Origin: an uncultured Planctomycetales bacterium | GTDB lineage: Bacteria; Omnitrophota; Gorgyraeia; Zapsychrales; Zapsychraceae | Length of the DNA stretch: 36,488 nucleotides | Direction: 5' to 3' | Assembly: GCA_964541845.1 (NCBI GenBank) | Contig: CAZIRV010000004.1 | Span: 1 to 36,488 of the forward strand | Part shown: positions 29,920 through 36,488 of the stretch, piece after piece | Layout: every line of letters starts with the position of its first letter | How positions within the stretch are numbered: position 1 is the first letter of the stretch | Translations under genes and position numbers: made by a program | Notes under the pieces: model-generated | What the model was told of the DNA's origin: nothing | Database searches by the model: none | What the model saw: only the letters and a program-made list of their open reading frames with translations

Positions 29920-30187
29920 AGTCTATTTACTAATAGTGTTAGGTGTCGGTATCTATATTTTTCTTCATTCACGATGGGCTAAATTTTTGCGCGTTTTTTT
30001 AGGTAGGGTTAGCCCCCCGTCCTGCAAAAAATTAACCATGTTTGATGTTCGGCACTGTATTTTAGCTGGAGAAAAAGAAACGGCCATTCAGATTTATGCC
30101 GAGCTGTTTCAAGTTAGTTATGAAGAGTCACGCGTGGCAGTCGATCAACTTGAAAAAAGTATTCAGGAAAAAAATGAATTAGAATAA
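29912..30187 (+). CDS. Small membrane-anchored hypothetical protein
   Basis: N-terminal TM segment. The C-terminal GEKETAIQIYAELFQVSYEESRVAVDQL resembles an L7/L12 C-terminal-like helix motif. Confidence 0.6.
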   Translation: MSRVYLLIVLGVGIYIFLHSRWAKFLRVFLGRVSPPSCKKLTMFDVRHCILAGEKETAIQIYAELFQVSYEESRVAVDQLEKSIQEKNELE

Positions 30188-30209
30188 ATAAAGAAATATT
30201 AGAACTTTA

Positions 30210-30238
30210 TTTACAATAATTATATATATATATATTAT
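30210..30238 (+). promoter_or_regulatory. Candidate sigma70 promoter with a (TA)7 tract
   Basis: TTTACA (30210-30215), a 17-bp spacer and TATTAT (30233-30238). The TA run covers 30221-30234. Confidence 0.35.
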
Positions 30239-30364
30239 AAGTATATAAATAGTTGTTGTAGAGGGGTTTTTATTTAATCGCCCGAATAAAAATGGTGAAT
30301 CTGTCTGCCGATAGGCCGGAACGCAGCTTCACCCTTGCGTTTAAAGTTTTTTTATATATAAACT

Positions 30365-31012
30365 ATGATTAGTACACATAAAGAGACTATCAGCAAGCGC
30401 CTTTTTTTAAATAAGATAAAACAGTTCTTTGCTGGGTCGAAATCAAATCAAGAAAATTTTCTTGATAGGGGTTCTCCAACATTATCCCGTTCTTCTCTCA
30501 GGTTACAGCATTTTTCTCCTAGATTAATAAATAAAATTTTAATGGTTGGTTTAGGAGGGTTGATTATAGCGGTTATTTATTCAGGGGTTAACAAACGATT
30601 GGACGTGGAGGATATGATTTTTGCTGTTTCTAAAATTCAATTTCAGAAAGATTCAGAAAAAAGCATTGAAAAATTTTCGCCGATTAAATTTTATCAAGAG
30701 ATGGTTGATAAACGGGATATTTTCAGCCCATTTATGTCGGCAAAAAAAGAAAAAGTCATTATTAAATCTAAGAAATTGGTGAAACCTAAAAGTGAGCCGC
30801 TGAAAATAAAAATATCTGATTTAGCGCGGGATTTAAAATTGGTAGGAATCTCCTGGGGGAAAATTCCAAAGGCATTGATTCGCAGTGATAAAGATAATGA
30901 TACTTATTTTGTGCGGCAGGGGCAAAGGATAGGGGCAAGTGATGTGCGGATAAAAAAAATTGAAAAAGATTTAGTGATTATTAAGTATAAAGATCAGGAG
31001 ATGGAGTTATGA
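30365..31012 (+). CDS. GspC/PilP-like secretin-associated protein
   Basis: One TM segment, RDIFSP and a C-terminal beta-rich domain (LKLVGISWG...ALI...TYFVRQGQRI). Coupled to the secretin gene (ATGA overlap). Confidence 0.6.
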   Translation: MISTHKETISKRLFLNKIKQFFAGSKSNQENFLDRGSPTLSRSSLRLQHFSPRLINKILMVGLGGLIIAVIYSGVNKRLDVEDMIFAVSKIQFQKDSEKSIEKFSPIKFYQEMVDKRDIFSPFMSAKKEKVIIKSKKLVKPKSEPLKIKISDLARDLKLVGISWGKIPKALIRSDKDNDTYFVRQGQRIGASDVRIKKIEKDLVIIKYKDQEMEL

Positions 31013-32541
31013 GGAGGGGAATTCTCTTTATATTTATCATTTTATTATTTGTAGTCCCTGTAAATGCGGCATCAATTTTTGACTATAAATTCCCGGGGTT
31101 AAAGAATAAAATTTCAGTTGATCTTCGCGGAATGGATATTGTGGATGTTTTGAAATTTTTGGCGATTGAAGGAAAGCTAAATGTTATGATGGCCAAAGGC
31201 ATTAGTGGTCCGGTAGATCTGCTTATTGATGGTGTCACTATAGGCAATGCCTTTGAAATTCTTTTATCTTTAAATGATTTGGCTTATGAGGTTCAGGGAA
31301 ACGTGATTAAAGTGTTATATAATGATACTTACAGGAAGACGCAAGGTGTTGACTTTTGGGATCAACGCCAGACAGCGATTTATCAGTTGAAATACGCCTC
31401 AGCACAAAAAGTCGGGACTATCTTAGGAAATATTAAAAGTGATGTTGGAAAAATTGTTTTTGATGATGATACAGGGATGATTGTTTTAGTCGACACTCCT
31501 GATAAGATTAAAGAAATGCGGGAAGTGATGAAGAAATCGGATATGGAAACGGTCAACCGCGTGTTGCCGACAGAAACGCGTGTTTTCGAATTGCAGTACG
31601 CAGTTCTCGAGGATATTCAGGATGAAGTAGCTGAAGCATTAACGGTTGGTATTGGATCAATGCGAACGGATAAACGGACCAATAGTTTAGTAATAACTGA
31701 TCTTCCTCATCAAATGAAAAAAATAGAGACTATTATTAATGCCTTTGACCGCAAAACCAGAGAGGTTTTTATTGAGGCAAAAATAGTTCAAGTGACGCTT
31801 TCTGACGCATTTAAATGGGGGGTTAACTGGAGCAAGCTGATTAAAGTTAGGGGGACAAATGATCGAAATTTTGATATTACCCCCGCAGTGGCTATGCCGT
31901 TAAGCTTAACTACGACGGGAAAACTTACGTTTTCAAGTGTTACCAGTGGCAACTTGAGCGCGGTTTTGGAATTGCTTTCGACGGTTGGAGAAACAAAGAT
32001 TCTTTCCAATCCGCATATCGCGGTTGATGAAGGAAAGGAGGCCACCATCAATGTTGTGACCACGCAGCCTTATTCAGAAACCATTACCACGACGACGAAT
32101 GCGGCCACAACACAATCAACTCAGTTTACCTTTGTGGATGTCGGGGTAAAATTAACGGTTACGCCAAAAATTAATAAAGATAACTATATTAGCATGGTTG
32201 TGGCTCCGGAAGTAAGCTCCATCACATCTTTTTTCCCATCGGAAGCCTCGGATCAACGGGTGCCGGTTGTGGAAACATCTAATGCCGAGACAACAGTGAC
32301 AGTGAAGGATGGAACCACTATTATTATCGCCGGAATGATTAAAGATTCTAAAACAAAATCAGTTAATAAAATTCCAAAATTATCTGAAGTGCCGGTTTTG
32401 GGAAGACTTTTTAGCAATGAATCTAACGTTATTCAACGTACCGAAACGATTGTTTTTTTAACCCCGAGGATTATCCGCGGAGACAAAAAATTTTTGTTAG
32501 AACGGGATAAGGAAAAGAAAATTAAAGGGATACGGAAATGA
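31009..32541 (+). CDS. Outer-membrane secretin (GspD/PilQ family)
   Basis: Signal peptide, N-domain repeats, EVFIEAKIV, ILSNPHI, DVGVKLTVTPKI, IPKLSEVPVLGRLF and VFLTPRII. Confidence 0.92.
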   Translation: MRRGILFIFIILLFVVPVNAASIFDYKFPGLKNKISVDLRGMDIVDVLKFLAIEGKLNVMMAKGISGPVDLLIDGVTIGNAFEILLSLNDLAYEVQGNVIKVLYNDTYRKTQGVDFWDQRQTAIYQLKYASAQKVGTILGNIKSDVGKIVFDDDTGMIVLVDTPDKIKEMREVMKKSDMETVNRVLPTETRVFELQYAVLEDIQDEVAEALTVGIGSMRTDKRTNSLVITDLPHQMKKIETIINAFDRKTREVFIEAKIVQVTLSDAFKWGVNWSKLIKVRGTNDRNFDITPAVAMPLSLTTTGKLTFSSVTSGNLSAVLELLSTVGETKILSNPHIAVDEGKEATINVVTTQPYSETITTTTNAATTQSTQFTFVDVGVKLTVTPKINKDNYISMVVAPEVSSITSFFPSEASDQRVPVVETSNAETTVTVKDGTTIIIAGMIKDSKTKSVNKIPKLSEVPVLGRLFSNESNVIQRTETIVFLTPRIIRGDKKFLLERDKEKKIKGIRK

Positions 32542-33611
32542 AAAGAAAAAAGAAAGGAAAGAAAAGGGGCCAAGGTTTGACTTCTTTTCTGATTTTTTTG
32601 TTTCTGTTTGTTTTAGCGAACGATGGTTATGCTGAACAAAGGATATTTACTTACGAGGATGTTGTTCAGAAAAATATTGAGTTGCGGAAAAAAATTCAGC
32701 AGGAGCAACAAAAATATATGGTATTGAAAAATGAGCGAAATGTTCTAATCCTCCATGTTCGACGGCTCCAGAGTGCGGGACAAGAAAACCTTTATGAAGA
32801 AAAATTTGTGAGAGAAGAAAAGGAGTTTAAAGAACAGCTTCAGAAAAATAAAGACCTAACTGTGGAGAAACAGGATTTAGAGGCGCGTTTGGCAAAACTG
32901 AAAGAAGTTTTTGAGCAAAGGGCAATTGAAAATCAGGATTTAAAGATTCAATTGCGAAAAGTTAACAATGAATTCAACAGCATTCAGACAGATTTTCAGG
33001 ATCGTGAAGAAAAATTAAAGATTGAAAAGGTAAATTTCAGAGATAATTTAGAGCGTGTTATGCTTGAGGCTAAAGCGAGCCGGGGAAAAATTGAAGAGTT
33101 GGAACAGCAACTCTTAATAACGCGAACGCACGAACAGGAGTTGGACAAAGAATTACAAACGCGGTTTTCCGCGCAAATCCAACAAGAAGAGCAGATTGAA
33201 GAATTAAAAATTGATAAATTTTCCACAGAAGCTAAGCTTGCCAAGCAAGCTGAAAATATATTGGAAAAAGCGCGAGAAATCGCGGACAAGAAAATTAACA
33301 CGATTGAACAAAAAACAGACAAAGAACGCCTTGACATGCACTATAATCTGGCCGTTGTGTTCGATAAAAATGGAATGTACGAAGATAGTGAACGGGAGTA
33401 TCTTAAATGTCTTCGCATCAACCCCGATGACCCTGACGTGCATTACAATTTAGCGATTCTTTATGATGATAAACTTAATAAAAATCTTGCAGCTATTAAG
33501 CACTATAAAAAATATCTTGAACTTCATCCTAAAGGTGAAGAAGCCTCTCAGGTTAGGCAGTGGATACTTTTAGCCGAACAAGAAAATAGAATCGGTCCTG
33601 AAATGCGATAA
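32538..33611 (+). CDS. Exported coiled-coil protein with C-terminal TPR repeats
   Basis: Hydrophobic N-terminal segment, long E/K/Q-rich coil and two HYNLA TPR motifs. Confidence 0.8.
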   Translation: MKRKKKGKKRGQGLTSFLIFLFLFVLANDGYAEQRIFTYEDVVQKNIELRKKIQQEQQKYMVLKNERNVLILHVRRLQSAGQENLYEEKFVREEKEFKEQLQKNKDLTVEKQDLEARLAKLKEVFEQRAIENQDLKIQLRKVNNEFNSIQTDFQDREEKLKIEKVNFRDNLERVMLEAKASRGKIEELEQQLLITRTHEQELDKELQTRFSAQIQQEEQIEELKIDKFSTEAKLAKQAENILEKAREIADKKINTIEQKTDKERLDMHYNLAVVFDKNGMYEDSEREYLKCLRINPDDPDVHYNLAILYDDKLNKNLAAIKHYKKYLELHPKGEEASQVRQWILLAEQENRIGPEMR

Positions 33612-33668
33612 AAGGGAATGAGGAAAAAGGGATTGTTCCTGTTTCCACATTTTCTGTACGTTTCCTGT

Positions 33669-34928
33669 ATGAAAATCAAAATAATTTTTATATTCCTTTT
33701 AACCATTCTTATCCCCACTTCTTTTTTGGCCTATTTTGGCTTGTTGTCTGTTCGTAATGAAAAATCTATCATTGAAAAACACATGCTTCAGAAATATAAG
33801 GCCATGGCCGATATTGTGGCCAGTGAGATTAAATCAGCGATTGCAGAGGCAAATTTTAATGAGCTTTTTTTAAATCAGGAACAGGGGCTTAAATCTCTTC
33901 TTCTTAAACAAGCCGCTTTATTTCAGGATGAAGTAGGAATATTGGACAAAAGTGGAAATTTTGTAGGGAAAGGACGAAAAGAGAACAGTACCCTTTTTTC
34001 CTCTCCTGTTTTTTTAAGACCTCTTGAAGATTTTCCATACACAATTGCGGTTTATGAGCGTTATCCTGTTATTTTTGCTCAATTAGAGGAAAAGAGACAG
34101 AAAATTTTTGCGTACATTGCTATTATCATTTTTGCGGCAGTGTCTATTTTAAGCGGCAGTTCCTATACCCTTTGGGCATTGGCTCAGGAATGGCGTCAGG
34201 CTAAGCTCAAAAGTGCTTTTGTGTCCCAGTTGTCCCACGATATCCGGAAACCTCTAACATCTATTCGTATGTTTTCTGAAATGCTTGAAGAGGGGCATTT
34301 GCCTAGTGAGGAAAAAAAACGAAAATATTATAAAATTATTAGTGATGAAAGTCATAAGCTTACAGATTTAGCCAATAGTATTTTGGATTTTACACGCATT
34401 GAAAAAGGGAGAATGAAATACAATTTTGAAATTGTTGACATCGGTAATATTGTCAAGGAAAGTGTTGAGCGGTTTCAAATACAAACGCAAAATAGACGGA
34501 TTAGCGCAGAAATTCCGGAAAAAATTTTTTTTGTGAAAGCGGATGTTCATGCCATTAGTCAGGCGGTGATGAATTTACTTACCAATGCCGATAAATATTC
34601 TCCTGTGGATAAAGAAATTCAAGTTAAAGTTAAATCTGCGGGGTCAGGTTCTAAATTTGTCTATGTCAATAATATTATTATTGAAGTGGCTGATCAGGGA
34701 ATTGGCATTCCAGGATCCGAACAGAAAAAAATATTTCAGAAATTTTATCGGGCATTAAAAAAAACAGGAGGACTTCAGGGCGTCGAAGGCACTGGTTTAG
34801 GATTGACCCTGGTAAAAGCAACAATGACAGCACATAAGGGAAAGGTTGAAGTGGAAAGCCAAGAGGGGAAGGGGAGTAAATTTAGTTTAATATTTAAAAA
34901 AATGAACGCCCCCTTTAAACTATGTTAA
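33669..34928 (+). CDS. Membrane-bound sensor histidine kinase
   Basis: Two TM segments, H-box SHDIRKPLT, N-box NLLTNADKY, DQGIGIP and GTGLGL. ATG 33669 is preferred to 33618. Confidence 0.93.
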   Translation: MKIKIIFIFLLTILIPTSFLAYFGLLSVRNEKSIIEKHMLQKYKAMADIVASEIKSAIAEANFNELFLNQEQGLKSLLLKQAALFQDEVGILDKSGNFVGKGRKENSTLFSSPVFLRPLEDFPYTIAVYERYPVIFAQLEEKRQKIFAYIAIIIFAAVSILSGSSYTLWALAQEWRQAKLKSAFVSQLSHDIRKPLTSIRMFSEMLEEGHLPSEEKKRKYYKIISDESHKLTDLANSILDFTRIEKGRMKYNFEIVDIGNIVKESVERFQIQTQNRRISAEIPEKIFFVKADVHAISQAVMNLLTNADKYSPVDKEIQVKVKSAGSGSKFVYVNNIIIEVADQGIGIPGSEQKKIFQKFYRALKKTGGLQGVEGTGLGLTLVKATMTAHKGKVEVESQEGKGSKFSLIFKKMNAPFKLC

Positions 34929-35602
34929 AACTACTTATAGTTGAAGACGATAAAAATATCCGCCAGGGATTGGTTGATAACCTTCAAATGGAAGGCTATG
35001 AAGCCGTAGAAGCTTCTGATGGGGAAGAAGGGCTGAGCAAGGCAAGGAACGAAAGCCCTGATTTGATCATTTTGGATATCACGCTTCCTAAGCTTAATGG
35101 GTTTGAGGTTTGTAAACAATTGAAGTCAGATAAGGTAGATATTCCTATTATTATCCTGAGTTCCCGCGGTGAAGAAGCCGATAAAATTCTTGGTCTGGAA
35201 TTAGGCGCCGATGATTACGTCACTAAACCCTTTAGTCCCAGAGAGTTAATGGTGCGCGTCAAAGCTGTCCTACGCAGATCATTGGTGGGGGCGCAAGGAC
35301 ATATGCCCGATACCTATGCCTTCGGTAATGTAACCGTTGATTTCAAAAAATATCAGGTATTTAAATGCAGGGAAGAAATCAAATTAACCCCTGCCGAATT
35401 CACCATCCTCAAACTTCTCATTACCAGTGAAGGTCAGCCTGTCAGTCGGCATACTATATTAGGTGAAATTTGGAGTGACGAAGTCACCACCCGCACTGTA
35501 GACACCCACATCTGGAAACTTCGCGAAAAACTCGAAAAAGACCCCGGGCATCCGCAGCATATTATTACCATTCATCGTATCGGTTATAAATTTAAAAAAT
35601 AA
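34922..35602 (+). CDS. OmpR/PhoB-family DNA-binding response regulator
   Basis: Receiver (IVEDD, LDITLP, GADDYVTKPF) plus winged helix (RTVDTHIWKLREKLE...IGYKF). Confidence 0.95.
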   Translation: MLKLLIVEDDKNIRQGLVDNLQMEGYEAVEASDGEEGLSKARNESPDLIILDITLPKLNGFEVCKQLKSDKVDIPIIILSSRGEEADKILGLELGADDYVTKPFSPRELMVRVKAVLRRSLVGAQGHMPDTYAFGNVTVDFKKYQVFKCREEIKLTPAEFTILKLLITSEGQPVSRHTILGEIWSDEVTTRTVDTHIWKLREKLEKDPGHPQHIITIHRIGYKFKK

Positions 35603-35620
35603 AAGTAGGGACACATCCTA

Positions 35621-35713
35621 TAGTGCAGTGCAAAAGTTTTGCGACATGCAGGTGTTTTTTCTCGATAAGCCCACATCATGTGTTCGGTGTTGCAGAACCC
35701 CTGTCCTGCACTA
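35621..35713. mobile_element. TAGTG-terminated MITE (93 bp), TA-flanked
   Basis: TAGTGCAGTGCAAAAGTTTTGCGACA...TGTTGCAGAACCCCTGTCCTGCACTA, with TA on both sides. Preceded by a GTAGGGACAC REP remnant at 35605. Confidence 0.7.
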
Positions 35714-35715
35714 TA

Positions 35716-35759
35716 TCTTGACAATTTCTTGACAATTTCTTGAGATGGGTGTGACAACT
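35716..35759 (+). promoter_or_regulatory. Four 11-bp-period direct repeats (OmpR/PhoB-type operator candidate)
   Basis: TCTTGACAATT TCTTGACAATT TCTTGAGATGG GTGTGACAACT, with TGA(C/G)A at 35719, 35730, 35741 and 35752. Confidence 0.65.
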
Positions 35760-35828
35760 TTATATATAAGGCATGGTATGATTTATGTAGGATAAAAACA
35801 TGTACAGCCTAATTGAGGAGGGGATATC

Positions 35829-36488
35829 ATGAGAAATATATTTAATTTAATATGTATAGGTGCCAGGCACCCAAAAGGGACACTTAATAAATTTAATAAT
35901 TTGTTTTTTTGGGTGCCATTTTGGGTGCCAGGTACCTTATTTTTCGCCCTTACGATATTGGTATTTTTACTATTCACCACTCAAGCCTTTGCGGTTACAG
36001 AGGTTAAGACGTCAATCGGAACGAAGGCGGCCGTGAATGTGGATATTGTGGGTGTTAGCGGATCGGGACCTTACACGATATTGACTTCTGGAACAAGTAA
36101 TCTTCAGGTGGGAGATGTTTTGACAGATGAACAGGCTACACCTGAAACTTATTTAGTTACTTCTATCAATACGGCGACTCTCTTTAATGTTATTAAACAT
36201 ACCTTTGGAGCAGCAAATGATCCTTCCTTTGCTGGAGTCAGTCAAGCCACCATCAAACGCGCCTATGCAACTCTTCAGGCATGGGAAGATGGAGAAGGTG
36301 GCGATTTAGTTGCGGCTGATGAACAACGTATAGGGGAGGCATATAATGATTCAACATTTACAGCTGGGGTTACTATTGATGGTTCGACCACGGATGCCAC
36401 GCGCTATATGAAGTTAACCGTAGCTGAAAGTGATCATCATAATGAGGTGGCGTCTTCAGGGGTTAAGATTGATACAAGTGCGGCAGGT
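35829..36488 (+). CDS. Secreted/surface protein, 5' portion (runs off the window; absent from the ORF track)
   Basis: GAGGAGG RBS, ATG 35829 and 220 open codons to the window end. The signal peptide ends TQAFA and is followed by T/G/S/A-rich sequence (RAYATLQAWEDGEGGDLV...GSTTDATRY). Confidence 0.85.
   Translation, partial: MRNIFNLICIGARHPKGTLNKFNNLFFWVPFWVPGTLFFALTILVFLLFTTQAFAVTEVKTSIGTKAAVNVDIVGVSGSGPYTILTSGTSNLQVGDVLTDEQATPETYLVTSINTATLFNVIKHTFGAANDPSFAGVSQATIKRAYATLQAWEDGEGGDLVAADEQRIGEAYNDSTFTAGVTIDGSTTDATRYMKLTVAESDHHNEVASSGVKIDTSAAG
35858..35937. repeat. In-frame palindrome in the signal-peptide region
   Basis: AGGTGCCAGGCACCCAAAAGGGACAC...GTGCCATTTTGGGTGCCAGGTACCT. Confidence 0.8.

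Overview
AT-rich bacterial chromosomal segment, almost entirely + strand. It carries housekeeping genes (nusB, PHP hydrolase, riboflavin synthase, fabZ, tRNA-Pro(CGG), acyP, metallophosphoesterase, ligA, xerD, tRNA nucleotidyltransferase, rbfA-nrnA-truB-ribF) and a dcw cluster (mraZ-rsmH-ftsL-like-ftsI-murE-murF-mraY-murD-ftsW-murG-[Zn peptidase]-murC::ddl fusion-ftsQ-ftsA, with no murB or ftsZ in place). The right end has receiver, secretin, TPR and two-component genes, plus the start of a secreted protein that runs off the window. Gene content suggests a PVC-group organism such as Omnitrophota, which is inference only. The most striking feature is the very dense set of small non-autonomous palindromic elements: about ten families, with no transposase in the window. 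Several are nested, with empty sites and target duplications visible in sister copies. Several supply stop codons or C-termini to genes, and several sit in frame inside essential genes (murF, murC, ddl, ribF, a signal peptide). One copy forms the MurC-Ddl fusion junction. All alignments and coordinates were done by eye.
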